Below, in pieces: positions 16,287 through 25,293 of a stretch of DNA of 52,446 nt. A program made the translations under genes and the position numbers. The notes under the pieces are model-generated. The model was not told the origin of the DNA, made no database searches, and worked only from the letters and a program-made list of their open reading frames with translations. Position 1 is the first letter of the stretch; each line of letters opens with the position of its first letter. Location: the NCBI GenBank assembly GCA_045403155.1, contig JAXIPB010000105.1:1-52446 (forward strand), written 5' to 3'. Origin of the DNA: Micromonosporaceae bacterium (GTDB lineage: Bacteria; Actinomycetota; Actinomycetes; Mycobacteriales; Micromonosporaceae).

Positions 16287-17474
16287 GTGGTGGACGCCTA
16301 TCTTCTGTCGGCGGTGAGGACGCCGTTCGGCCGCCATCGGGGCGGACTCTCTGGAATCCGTGCCGACGACCTCGCTGCCCTTCCCATCGCCGAACTGATA
16401 CGCCGCCACCCGGCGCTGGCCGACGCGGACCGCGTCGATGACGTCATCCTCGGCGACACGAATGGCGCGGGCGAGGACAACCGCAACGTGGCCCGGATGG
16501 CCGCACTCCTTGCCGGCCTGCATCCGAGCGTCCCCGGGGTCACCATCAACCGGCTCTGTGCCTCGGGTGGCGAGGCAGTCACCCAGGCGGCGAGGGCGGT
16601 GGCGGCCGGCGACGCCGATCTCGTCGTCGCCGGTGGCGTCGAGAGCATGAGCCGCGCGCCTTTTGTTCTACCCAAGCCGGATGTGCCCTTCCCGACCGAG
16701 GCGCGGTTGTGGCATACCCAGGTCGGCTGGCGCATGGTGAACCCGGCGTTTCCCGCCGAGTGGACGGCGAGCCTGGGTGCGTGTGCCGAGGCGGTCGCCA
16801 ATGAGCTGGGGATCGGCCGCGCGGAGCAGGACGAGTGGGCGCTGAGATCACACGAGCGGGCCACGGCCGCGTGGGACGCCGGACTGCACGACGACTACGT
16901 GCTGCCGGTGGACGGCCCGACCGGGGCGGTGAAGAGGGACGAATCCATTCGGGCGGATACGACGGCCGCCAAGCTCGCCTCGCTCAAGCCCGCGTTCACG
17001 CCGGACGGCTCGGTGACCGCGGGCAATTCCTCCCCGCTCAACGACGGCGCGATCGCGCTGTTGGTCGGGTCCGCCCAGGCCGCGGGCTCGCTGGGAGTAC
17101 CGGTGCTCGGTCGGGTCGTGGCGAGCGTGACGGTGGCCGTCGAGCCCCACCGGTTCTCCGTCGCGCCGGTACCGGCGATCCGCAAGGTGCTGGCGCGGGC
17201 AGAGCTGTCCACATCGGACATCGCTGTGTGGGAGATCAACGAAGCATTCGCGGCCATGGTGCTGTCCTGCCTGCAATCGTTCCCCGAGCTGGACCGGGAG
17301 CGGGTCAACCCGCACGGAGGCGCGATCGCCATCGGGCACCCACTCGGGGCGTCGGCGCCCCGGGTCATCGTGGACGCCAGCCGGGAACTACGCCGTCGAG
17401 GCGGGGGGTACGCGATCGCGGCCGCGTGCGTGGGCGTGGGTCAGGGTACGGCGATGGTGGTGCACCTTGACTGA
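16287..17474 (+). CDS. acetyl-CoA C-acyltransferase (thiolase II family, beta-ketoadipyl-CoA thiolase-like)
   Basis: Thiolase signatures: the catalytic Cys region (INRLCASGGEAV) and C-terminal active-site motifs (NPHGGAIAIGHPLGASAPRV; AACVGVGQGTAMVV). GTG start chosen to give VVDAYLLSAVRTPFGR. Confidence 0.85.
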   Translation: MVDAYLLSAVRTPFGRHRGGLSGIRADDLAALPIAELIRRHPALADADRVDDVILGDTNGAGEDNRNVARMAALLAGLHPSVPGVTINRLCASGGEAVTQAARAVAAGDADLVVAGGVESMSRAPFVLPKPDVPFPTEARLWHTQVGWRMVNPAFPAEWTASLGACAEAVANELGIGRAEQDEWALRSHERATAAWDAGLHDDYVLPVDGPTGAVKRDESIRADTTAAKLASLKPAFTPDGSVTAGNSSPLNDGAIALLVGSAQAAGSLGVPVLGRVVASVTVAVEPHRFSVAPVPAIRKVLARAELSTSDIAVWEINEAFAAMVLSCLQSFPELDRERVNPHGGAIAIGHPLGASAPRVIVDASRELRRRGGGYAIAAACVGVGQGTAMVVHLD

Positions 17475-18357
17475 GGCGTCAGCCAAACGAGACCGGCGCG
17501 ACTCAGGGAGTGAGGCGTCAGCCGAACGCGAGGAGCGGGTGTCGGCGCCGCTGTGGCTGGCGGAGCATGCGCACCGCTTCGCGGAGTCCGACGCGACGCC
17601 AGCCATCCCCCGCAGCGCCGCCACTGTCATCCTGATGCGGCCAACAAACGGCGGCGGCTTCGAGGTGTACACGCAGCGCCGCGCGTCGACGATGGCGTTC
17701 GCCCCCAACATGTACGCCTTTCCCGGCGGCTCCGTCGACCCACGCGACGCGGACGCCGAGGTCGGCTGGACGGGGCCATCCACGGCGGCCTGGGCGGCGC
17801 GATTCGGCTTGGGCGAGGCGGACGCCCGGGCCGTGGTCTGTGCGGCGGTTCGGGAGGTCTTCGAGGAGAGTGGCGTGCTGCTCGCCGGCCCGGACGAGTC
17901 CACTGTGGTCGGTGACGTTTCTGGCCAGGACTGGGAGGCGGCGCGAGTGGCTCTGCTGGCCCGGGAGGTCGCACTGGGTGAGTTGCTGGCGTCGCGGGGC
18001 CTCATCGTGCGCTCAGACCTGCTCGTACCGTGGGCTCGCTGGCTGACGCCCGAGTTCGAGCGGCGCCGGTTCGACACCTTCTTCTTCCTCGCCCGCCTGC
18101 CCGTCGACCAACGCACCCGCGACGTCGGCGGAGAGGCCGACCATACGGTCTGGGTGAGCCCGGCCGAAGCGGCGACGCTCCCCATGCTTCCCCCGACGCT
18201 CTTCACCCTTCGTGAGCTCAGCGCCTACGGGGACATCGACGCCGCGCTGGACGCCAGTGCCGACCGCGTCGTGACCGCTCCCGTCATGCCGCGCATGCAC
18301 GTCGACGCCGACGGCGCCTGGCTCATTGTTCGCCCGCCCCCCTCGCGCCACCCCTGA
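17467..18357 (+). CDS. NUDIX hydrolase family protein
   Basis: Nudix box (GGSVDPRDADAEVGWTGPSTAAWAARFGL...REVFEESGVLLA). ATGACTGA overlap with the thiolase stop. Confidence 0.8.
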   Translation: MTEASAKRDRRDSGSEASAEREERVSAPLWLAEHAHRFAESDATPAIPRSAATVILMRPTNGGGFEVYTQRRASTMAFAPNMYAFPGGSVDPRDADAEVGWTGPSTAAWAARFGLGEADARAVVCAAVREVFEESGVLLAGPDESTVVGDVSGQDWEAARVALLAREVALGELLASRGLIVRSDLLVPWARWLTPEFERRRFDTFFFLARLPVDQRTRDVGGEADHTVWVSPAEAATLPMLPPTLFTLRELSAYGDIDAALDASADRVVTAPVMPRMHVDADGAWLIVRPPPSRHP

Positions 18358-18405
18358 CCCCGCGCCCCCTGACCCAGCGGCCCCTGACCCCGCGGCCCCT
18401 GACCC
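18346..18405. repeat. tandem repeat, 4 x 15 bp ([C/A]GCG[G/C]CCCCTGACCC), first unit overlapping the NUDIX stop codon
   Basis: Read directly: gcgccacccctgaccc / cgcgccccctgaccc / agcggcccctgaccc / cgcggcccctgaccc. It lies immediately 5' of MITE-like element A. Confidence 0.7.
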
Positions 18406-18406
18406 C

Positions 18407-18475
18407 GCCGATCATGATTTGGAAGTCATGATCGGCGCAGTTTGACGGCTCTGGGCTCATGATCGTGGCGATCTA
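18407..18475. repeat. MITE-like palindromic element, partial copy A (hairpin GCCGATCATGA-N8-TCATGATCGGC plus right arm CTCATGATCGTGGCGATC)
   Basis: Shares the core CCGATCATGAnnnnnnGTCATGATCGGCGCnGTTTGAnGG and the right flank CTCATGATC..GGCGATCT with the full-length copy at 33940-34029. Confidence 0.7.
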
Positions 18476-18824
18476 GGTCGCTGTGCGCTGGGCCCGCTAC
18501 TGCTCCCGCACGGACCCCTAAACCGGCTGGCTGGTAGCCCCGAGGCCGCAAGATTGCTGTTTGGGTGCCAATAGTTGCGCGACACGACGCCGGATGCTCG
18601 CCACCGAAACGGCGATCTTGCAGCTGTAGGGCGCCCAAATGAGCGGCGTGACGTCCACGTTTTCGCCGCTCAGTGAGATCTTCACGCGGGCGACCGCATC
18701 CGGGCCGACTGAACTGTTCCGTTATTACCGAATTGGTAGTGTTCTGAACTGCCACCATGTCGCGAAAGGTTTGCTGCGTGCCCGTACGGTTATCTTCAAG
18801 CGTGAAGGCGAAGGTGAGGGCGCG

Positions 18825-19571
18825 ATGACTACTCAGTCGGGGTCCAGGAGCAATATGTCCGGCACGACCGAGATTATGCCGGCCCAGGACGGTCAAGCCA
18901 CGGTCGTGTACGCCCGTGAGCCGGCCGGTTCACGCTGGGGACGGCGGCTTCTGATCCTCGTGGGCACCATCGGCGTGATCGTGGCGCTGATCTTCGGCCT
19001 CAAGGCGGTCAACCTCTGGCCGAACCTGCGGAATCCGTTTGCCACCGAGACCACCGACCGCAGCGGACCTGTGCTGTTGGAGTCCATCCAGGATCTGAGC
19101 CGGTACGTCGCCGCCGAGGGCAACTTCCAGGTGCTGGTCGACCTTCAGGAGAACAAGAGGTTCATCCCGGACATCTTCTTCAATGAGCGCACCCTCTTTG
19201 TCGGCGTCGGGTCGGTCGACGCGTACGTCGACTTCTCCACAATCACCGAGGGCGCGATCGTGACATCGCCGGACGGGAAGTCGGTAGACATCACGCTGCC
19301 CGCGCCAGTACTGGAGAAGCCCAGCCTCGACCCCGAGCGCAGCTACGTGTTCGCTCAGGAGCGTGGGCTCGTCAACCGGGTCGGAGACCTTGTCGGCAAT
19401 GACGCGAACAAGCAGCAACAGCTATACATGCTTGCCGAGAACAAGATCGCGCAGGCGGCCAACGAGAGCGAGCTGCGGGCCAGGGCCGAGAAGAACACGC
19501 GGGCGATGCTGGAGAGCCTGCTGCACCAGCTCGGCTACGAGCGGGTCACGGTGACCTTCGTCGCTCCCTGA
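18825..19571 (+). CDS. DUF4230 family membrane-anchored protein
   Basis: Start set to the internal ATG (MTTQSGS...). One N-terminal TM helix (LLILVGTIGVIVALIFGL), then the DUF4230-type domain. The upstream 62 codons of ORF 18639 have low coding quality. Confidence 0.65.
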   Translation: MTTQSGSRSNMSGTTEIMPAQDGQATVVYAREPAGSRWGRRLLILVGTIGVIVALIFGLKAVNLWPNLRNPFATETTDRSGPVLLESIQDLSRYVAAEGNFQVLVDLQENKRFIPDIFFNERTLFVGVGSVDAYVDFSTITEGAIVTSPDGKSVDITLPAPVLEKPSLDPERSYVFAQERGLVNRVGDLVGNDANKQQQLYMLAENKIAQAANESELRARAEKNTRAMLESLLHQLGYERVTVTFVAP

Positions 19572-19579
19572 GGATCCGC

Positions 19580-19777
19580 CTACTCGCTCGGCATGATGGC
19601 CCAGAGCACGATGTATATGAGGAACTGAGGCCCCGGCAACAGGCAGGAGAGTACGAACAGCAGCCGCACCACGCCCGGGCTGAGACCGAATCGACGGCCT
19701 AGGCCGGCGCAGACGCCGGCTATCCAGCGGTCGTCACGCGGGCGCGTGAGTCGTCTGCTCGTCGTGGGTGTTGTCAT
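19580..19777 (-). CDS. PspC-domain small membrane protein
   Basis: 65 aa. PspC domain motif (DRWIAGVCAGLGRRFGLSPGVVRLLFVL) followed by one TM helix. Confidence 0.7.
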   Translation of the reverse strand: MTTPTTSRRLTRPRDDRWIAGVCAGLGRRFGLSPGVVRLLFVLSCLLPGPQFLIYIVLWAIMPSE

Positions 19778-19837
19778 GGTCCCTTTCCCCTCGTCTGCCC
19801 CACGTATCGAATGGGGCCACCACCTTCGCAGAAGGCG

Positions 19838-19876
19838 ATCAACGTGTCACCGCGCGGTGGCTATCAACGTGTCACC
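19838..19876. promoter_or_regulatory. direct repeat 2 x ATCAACGTGTCACC (25-nt spacing) flanking the palindrome CACCGCGCGGTG, in the pspC/sdaA divergent region
   Basis: Read directly in the 190-nt divergent intergenic region. Candidate operator(s). Confidence 0.3.
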
Positions 19877-19968
19877 TTCGACGGTAAGTACCGCTGTCCA
19901 CTCCGCCATCCGGTAACGCCCGTAGGTGCTGCCCTGGTTGAAGCGGAGTACTCTCGCCCGGCAGGAGC

Positions 19969-21348
19969 GTGACTGGCGTGATCGGCGCATTCGACCTCTT
20001 CAAAATCGGCATAGGCCCATCGAGTTCGCACACAGTCGGGCCGATGCGAGCGGCTCGGCGATTTGCGGCCGGGCTTCGCGAGGACGGTCTGCTGAGCGCC
20101 ACGGTGCGCGTACGCGCGGAGCTATTCGGTTCGCTCGGCGCGACCGGACATGGCCACGGAAGCGATAAGGCTGTGTTGCTTGGCCTCGCCGGCGAGGACC
20201 CGGAGAGCGTGGACACGAACCTCGTCGAGCCGCGGGTGGCCGAGATCCGGGCCGCCGGGCGGCTGCCGCTGGCCGGCGTGCACGAGGTGGATTTCGACAC
20301 CGACCGGGATCTCGTGATGCACCGGCGGCGGGCGCTGCCGTTTCATCCCAACGGCATGATCTTCTCGGCGTACGACGTGGACGGAGCCGAACTGGTCGCG
20401 CGCACGTACTACTCGGTCGGTGGAGGCTTTGTCGTCGACGAGGGCGCAGCGGGCGCGGATCGCATCAAGCCCGACGACACACCCGTTGCCTACCCGTTCC
20501 GGACCGGAGTGGAATTGCTGACCCTCGCCCGGGATGAGGGCCTTCGCATCAGCGACATCATGCTCGCCAACGAGCTTTCCTGGCGGAGCGAGGCCGAGGT
20601 GCGCGATGGGCTGGCGCACATCTGGAGCGTCATGCAGGAGTGCGTCCGGAATGGATGCATCCACGATGGCGTACTGCCCGGCGGCCTGAAGGTGAAGCGG
20701 CGAGCCCCTGACCTTTACCGGATGCTCGAGACCGAGGCCGACGACGCCGATCCATTGCGAGTCATGGACTGGGTCACGCTCTTCGCCTTGGCGGTGAACG
20801 AGGAGAACGCCTCCGGCGGCCGCGTGGTCACCGCCCCAACCAACGGCGCGGCCGGAATCGTACCGGCAGTCCTGCATTACTACACCCGCTTCGTGCCCGG
20901 GGCCGATGCCGACGGCGTGGTTCGCTTTCTGCTGACCGCGGCGGCCGTTGGCGTCCTCTTCAAGGAGAATGCGTCGATCTCCGGTGCCGAGGTCGGCTGC
21001 CAGGGCGAGGTCGGTTCGGCCTGCTCGATGGCGGCGGCGGGGCTGACCGAGGTGCTCGGCGGCACACCGGCTCAGGTCGAGAACGCGGCCGAGATCGCGA
21101 TGGAGCACAACCTCGGGCTCACCTGCGATCCGGTCGGAGGTCTGGTTCAGATCCCGTGCATCGAGCGCAATGCTGTCGCCTCCGTCAAGGCGATCACGGC
21201 GGCCCGGTTGGCGATGCGCGGCGACGGCCAGCACACGGTCTCGCTCGACAAGGTCATCAAGACGATGCGCGAGACCGGGGCCGACATGAAGATCAAATAT
21301 AAGGAGACGGCCCGCGGTGGCCTCGCGGTCAACGTGATCGAGTGCTGA
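19969..21348 (+). CDS. sdaA: L-serine dehydratase, iron-sulfur dependent, single-chain form
   Basis: Diagnostic N-terminus ([19 protein letters not shown]) and C-terminal beta-domain motifs ([17 protein letters not shown]). GTG start with a CAGGAG RBS. Confidence 0.9.
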   Translation: MTGVIGAFDLFKIGIGPSSSHTVGPMRAARRFAAGLREDGLLSATVRVRAELFGSLGATGHGHGSDKAVLLGLAGEDPESVDTNLVEPRVAEIRAAGRLPLAGVHEVDFDTDRDLVMHRRRALPFHPNGMIFSAYDVDGAELVARTYYSVGGGFVVDEGAAGADRIKPDDTPVAYPFRTGVELLTLARDEGLRISDIMLANELSWRSEAEVRDGLAHIWSVMQECVRNGCIHDGVLPGGLKVKRRAPDLYRMLETEADDADPLRVMDWVTLFALAVNEENASGGRVVTAPTNGAAGIVPAVLHYYTRFVPGADADGVVRFLLTAAAVGVLFKENASISGAEVGCQGEVGSACSMAAAGLTEVLGGTPAQVENAAEIAMEHNLGLTCDPVGGLVQIPCIERNAVASVKAITAARLAMRGDGQHTVSLDKVIKTMRETGADMKIKYKETARGGLAVNVIEC

Positions 21349-21445
21349 CAGATGGTGAGCGGCGGACCGGCCATCGATCGCTAGCGTTCCACCAACTGGG
21401 ACGGTGCTCCCGGCCCGGGCGCGGTGGGCCGGTATTGTGCGCGTC

Positions 21446-21463
21446 ACGTCGGACATCCGACGT
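21446..21463. promoter_or_regulatory. 8-2-8 perfect inverted repeat ACGTCGGA-CA-TCCGACGT about 95 nt upstream of the MalK-like ATPase gene
   Basis: Read directly from the sequence. Candidate operator. Confidence 0.3.
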
Positions 21464-21557
21464 TTACCCGATGGCCGGTATGCGGGGTGACGGCCACAGT
21501 AGGGCGACTGCTGCTGTGGAAAGGCCACAGCGAGTCGGCCAACCAGGAGGCACCCGC

Positions 21558-22925
21558 GTGGCGACAGTCGCGCTCAGAGACGTTTCGAAGGTGTTCGGCG
21601 ACGGAACCGTGGCCGTCGACAGCGTCAGTCTCGACGTTGCCGACGGCGAGTTCATGGTGCTGCTCGGACCGTCGGGGTGCGGTAAGTCGACCGTGCTTCG
21701 GGTCATCGCCGGGCTGGAGGATCCGACCTCCGGCGCCGTGCTACTGGACGGTGACAACGCCAATCACCTCGCGCCTCGGGAGCGCAAGGTCGCGATGGTC
21801 TTCCAGGATTTCGGTCTCTATCCACATATGTCGGTGAACGACAACATCGGATTCCCGCTTCGGATCGCCGGCCTCGAGAACGCGACCCGCCAGGAGCGTG
21901 TCGCCGACATCGCGGCGGCACTTGGCATCGGCGATGTGCTTGCCCGCAGGCCCAGCCAGCTCTCCGGCGGTCAGCGCCAGCGGGTTGCGATGGGGCGAGC
22001 GATCGTACGACGGCCGTCACTGTTCCTCATGGACGAACCACTGTCGAACCTAGACAGTGGACTCCGGGCCGAGCTGCGCGCGGAGATCTCTTCACTGGTT
22101 CGCGAGCTCGGCGTCACCACGATCTACGTGACGCATGATCAGGCCGAGGCGCTGACCATGGCCGACCGCGTCGCAATCCTGAGGCGAGGCGTTCTGCAGG
22201 ATGTCGGCACCCCGACCGAGGTCTATAGCCGTCCAGGGACCCTCTACGTGGCCGCGTTTCTCGGCAGCCCGCGGATGAACCTGGTGGAGGCGTCGGTCTA
22301 TGTCCACCTCGATCGATACATCGCACTGCACATTGGAGAGCAGGCTCTCTATCTGCCATGGCACGACATGCGCGCCCGCCAGGTCGCCCACTTCCACGGG
22401 GAGCGAATCGTGGTCGGGGTCAGGGCGGAGGCGCTGACCCCTGTCGTAGCCGACACACCGGGCGATGTCCTGCATGGTCGAGTCCGCTATCTCGAACACC
22501 ATGGCCATGAGTCACTGGCGTTCCTCGACATCGGCGCGTACGCGGTGCCCGTTGACGACCTCTTCGGCACCACGGGGCCACAGACAAATACTTCGGGATC
22601 GAGGCTGAGCAAGGTCGCCACTCTCTTCCGCCGCGGGCCGCGCGTCGAACGTGGTACCGATGTCGAGGACAGCGGAGAGCTCGGGATGTTTCCGTCGCGC
22701 GGAGGCTCGCCCAACGAAGGGTCGGAGCTGGCCGCGTCGGGCCGGACCGGGACCACGGTCCTGGAGTCGACCGGTCGACACCATCGGGCACGAGCCGAGG
22801 TGGCGGTCCGGCTGGCGCCGTATCCGGGCCTGCGGGTCGGCGACCCGATGAGCGTCGCGATCCGCATCGACCAGCTGCACTTCTTCGACGGGCGCGGACA
22901 ACGCATCGACGTGGGCTGGCGATGA
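21558..22925 (+). CDS. orphan sugar-type ABC transporter ATP-binding protein (MalK/MsiK/UgpC-like) with extended C-terminal regulatory domain
   Basis: Walker A GPSGCGKST, signature LSGGQRQR, Walker B LFLMDEP. The C-terminal TOBE-like domain carries about 90 extra residues. GTG start after AGGAGG. No permease gene adjacent. Confidence 0.85.
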   Translation: MATVALRDVSKVFGDGTVAVDSVSLDVADGEFMVLLGPSGCGKSTVLRVIAGLEDPTSGAVLLDGDNANHLAPRERKVAMVFQDFGLYPHMSVNDNIGFPLRIAGLENATRQERVADIAAALGIGDVLARRPSQLSGGQRQRVAMGRAIVRRPSLFLMDEPLSNLDSGLRAELRAEISSLVRELGVTTIYVTHDQAEALTMADRVAILRRGVLQDVGTPTEVYSRPGTLYVAAFLGSPRMNLVEASVYVHLDRYIALHIGEQALYLPWHDMRARQVAHFHGERIVVGVRAEALTPVVADTPGDVLHGRVRYLEHHGHESLAFLDIGAYAVPVDDLFGTTGPQTNTSGSRLSKVATLFRRGPRVERGTDVEDSGELGMFPSRGGSPNEGSELAASGRTGTTVLESTGRHHRARAEVAVRLAPYPGLRVGDPMSVAIRIDQLHFFDGRGQRIDVGWR

Positions 22926-22964
22926 GGCTTGCCTAGACCTGTTACCGGGCGGTAACTTGTCTCG

Positions 22965-23432
22965 GTGGGCTCCGATGTGAGCGGTGTGGCCGCGGCGATT
23001 CTGCAGGCGGTGCCGTTCGCGCGCACCCTCGGCATCTCCATCATGGAGGTGGTCCGCGGCGACGACGGCGGTGTTCGCGTCGTTGCCGAGATGCCCGACC
23101 TTCCGGCGGCGCACAATCACGTCGGTGGCCCGCACGCGGGTGCGATGTTCAGCCTCGGCGAGACGGCGTCCGGGGCAGTCGTGGCGGCAGCCTTTGGTGA
23201 TCAACTCGGACGCGCCCTTCCCCTCGCGGTGCGGGCCGACATTTCGTACCGAAGGCTCGCCATGGGACCGATCCGCGCGACCGCCCGTCTTGATCGACCG
23301 GTGCCGGAGGTCATCGACGAGCTGGACTCGGGACTCCGCCCTGAGTTCGCGGTCAGCGTCGAGATCGCCACCGTGGACGGCACCCCGAGCGCGGAGATGA
23401 CCGTCGTCTGGACTCTGCGCCCGCACCGCTAG
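22965..23432 (+). CDS. hotdog-fold thioesterase (PaaI/YiiD-like)
   Basis: 155-aa product with the PaaI-like pattern (HNHVGGPHAGAMFSLGETASGAVV...). Confidence 0.65.
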   Translation: MGSDVSGVAAAILQAVPFARTLGISIMEVVRGDDGGVRVVAEMPDLPAAHNHVGGPHAGAMFSLGETASGAVVAAAFGDQLGRALPLAVRADISYRRLAMGPIRATARLDRPVPEVIDELDSGLRPEFAVSVEIATVDGTPSAEMTVVWTLRPHR

Positions 23433-23471
23433 CCTGGTTTAACGAGATCATGTGGTGGGTAAGCCGGGCGC

Positions 23472-23654
23472 ATGACGAATTATGTTGACGCTCCGGACGT
23501 CGTGGATAGCGGCGTCACTGACGTCCTGGCCGAGGATTACGTCGTGCATGTGCCGGCCGCAGCCGCCGAGTTGGCGGAGAGCCTCGAGCAACACGGTGGC
23601 GCAACGTTCGTCGCCGACATTCCCGACTGGGACGAACCAGATCCTCAACCCTGA
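23472..23654 (+). CDS. small highly acidic hypothetical protein (60 aa)
   Basis: Intergenic ORF rich in D/E (MTNYVDAPDVVDSGVTDVLAEDYVVHVPAAAAELAESLEQHGGATFVADIPDWDEPDPQP). Third-position GC is only moderately biased, so it may be non-coding. Confidence 0.3.
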   Translation: MTNYVDAPDVVDSGVTDVLAEDYVVHVPAAAAELAESLEQHGGATFVADIPDWDEPDPQP

Positions 23655-23677
23655 CCCTGACACGCCCCGAGATAGCC

Positions 23678-23750
23678 GTGATCATGACGTCACGGTCGTA
23701 AAACACCGCTGATCATGACCTGCAGGTCATGGTCGGCGCGGTTTGGGGAG
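23678..23750. repeat. MITE-like palindromic element, partial copy B (left arm GTGATCATGAC plus hairpin GATCATGACCTGCAGGTCATGGTC plus GGCGCGGTTTGGGG)
   Basis: Left arm and core are near-identical to copy C. The right arm is degenerate. Lies just upstream of mmsA. Confidence 0.7.
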
Positions 23751-23787
23751 CTTTCTCGCAGCGAACGGGGGGACGTACGCTCACCGG

Positions 23788-25278
23788 ATGGCAGCACGAA
23801 TTTCGCACTGGATTGACGGTGCCGTCACACCGGGCACCTCGGGCCGCGTCGGTCCTGTCTTCAACCCGGCGACCGGTGAGCAGACCGGAGAGGTCGACCT
23901 GGCGTCGTCGGCCGAGGTTGACCGCGCGGTCGCATCGGCCGCCGCCGCCGCCGAGAAGTGGCGCGAGTCCTCGCTCTCACGGCGGGCCGCCGTCCTCTTC
24001 GCCTTCCGGGAACTACTGCACCAGCGCTCCGGCGATCTCGCCGCGATCGTCACCAGCGAGCACGGGAAGGTGCTCTCCGATGCCAAGGGGGAGGTCGCCC
24101 GGGGACTGGAGAATGCGGAGTTCGCCACCGGCATCCCGAACCTGCTCAAGGGGTCGTACTCCGAACAGGCCTCCACCGGCGTTGACGTCTACTCGATCCG
24201 GCAGCCAATTGGCGTGGTCGCCGGCATCACGCCGTTCAACTTCCCGGCGATGGTTCCACTGTGGATGTGCACGACGGCCATCGCGTGCGGCAACCCGTTC
24301 ATCCTCAAGCCAAGCGAGAAGGACCCGTCGGCCTCGCTCTTCCTGGCCAAGCTGTGGCAGGAGGCCGGGCTGCCCGACGGCGTCTTCACCGTCATCAACG
24401 GCGACCGTGAGGCGGTCGACGCCATCCTCACCCACCCGGGCATCGCCGCGGTGAGCTTCGTCGGCTCCACCCCGGTCGCCCGCCACATCTACGAGACCGG
24501 GACCGGCCACGGCAAGCGGGTGCAGGCGCTGGGCGGCGCCAAGAACCACATGATCGTGCTTCCCGACGCGGACGTCGAGATGGCCGCCGACGCCGCGGTC
24601 TCCGCCGCGTACGGCTCGGCGGGTGAGCGCTGCATGGCCATCTCCGTGGTGGTGACCGTGGGCGATGTGGGCGACGCCGTCGTTGACGCGATCGCCGCGC
24701 GCCTGCCGAAGCTCCGCATCGGCGCCGGCACCGATCCCGACGCCGAGATGGGGCCGCTCATCACCCGCGAGCATCGCGACAAGGTTGCGTCCTATGTGGA
24801 CGCCGGAGCCCGCGAGGGCGCGATCGTCGTCACCGACGGACGGAAGGCCGAAACACCGCAGGACGGGTTCTTCCTGGGTGTGAGCCTGCTCGACAACGTG
24901 ACGCCGCAGATGAGTGTCTACACCGACGAGATCTTCGGTCCCGTCCTCTGCGTCGTGCGGGCCGAGACCTACCCGGAGGCGCTCGAGCTGATCAACAAGA
25001 ATGAGTACGGGAACGGGACCGCCATCTTCACCCGCGACGGCGGCGCGGCCCGGCAGTTCCAATTCGACGTGCAGGCCGGCATGGTGGGCGTGAACGTGCC
25101 GATCCCGGTGCCGGTCGCGTACTACTCCTTCGGCGGCTGGAAGGCCTCGCTCTTCGGCGACACTCACATGTACGGCCCCGACGGAGTGCACTTCTACACC
25201 CGTACCAAGGTAGTCACGTCCCGCTGGCCTGCCCCGGCGACGTCCACAGTGGACCTTGGCTTCCCACAGACCCGCTAA
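23788..25278 (+). CDS. mmsA: methylmalonate-semialdehyde dehydrogenase (CoA-acylating)
   Basis: ALDH superfamily with MMSDH-type features: catalytic Cys (GERCMA), a C-terminus lacking the usual Glu region, and YYSFGGWKASLFGD. The start is set to the ATG giving MAARISHWIDG. Confidence 0.85.
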   Translation: MAARISHWIDGAVTPGTSGRVGPVFNPATGEQTGEVDLASSAEVDRAVASAAAAAEKWRESSLSRRAAVLFAFRELLHQRSGDLAAIVTSEHGKVLSDAKGEVARGLENAEFATGIPNLLKGSYSEQASTGVDVYSIRQPIGVVAGITPFNFPAMVPLWMCTTAIACGNPFILKPSEKDPSASLFLAKLWQEAGLPDGVFTVINGDREAVDAILTHPGIAAVSFVGSTPVARHIYETGTGHGKRVQALGGAKNHMIVLPDADVEMAADAAVSAAYGSAGERCMAISVVVTVGDVGDAVVDAIAARLPKLRIGAGTDPDAEMGPLITREHRDKVASYVDAGAREGAIVVTDGRKAETPQDGFFLGVSLLDNVTPQMSVYTDEIFGPVLCVVRAETYPEALELINKNEYGNGTAIFTRDGGAARQFQFDVQAGMVGVNVPIPVPVAYYSFGGWKASLFGDTHMYGPDGVHFYTRTKVVTSRWPAPATSTVDLGFPQTR

Positions 25279-25293
25279 TTCGAAGGAGCAGGC

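Noticed and set aside
18346-18405. CCCCTGACCC tandem array as a possible CRISPR array
   Set aside because: The units are contiguous with no spacers, only four copies occur, and no cas genes are nearby. It is a simple tandem repeat.
18690-18760. GAAC-T-GTTC as a LexA/SOS box
   Set aside because: Actinobacterial SOS boxes are TCGAAC-N4-GTTCGA. The spacing here is 1 nt, not 4.
19778-19968. Glycine riboswitch upstream of sdaA
   Set aside because: The conserved glycine-aptamer cores (GGAGAG...CUCUGGAGAG...ACCGAAGGGGCAA) could not be found. Only protein-operator-like repeats are present.
20122-21528. 468-aa minus-strand ORF
   Set aside because: Fully antisense to the well-supported L-serine dehydratase gene. 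A typical high-GC shadow ORF with no family resemblance.
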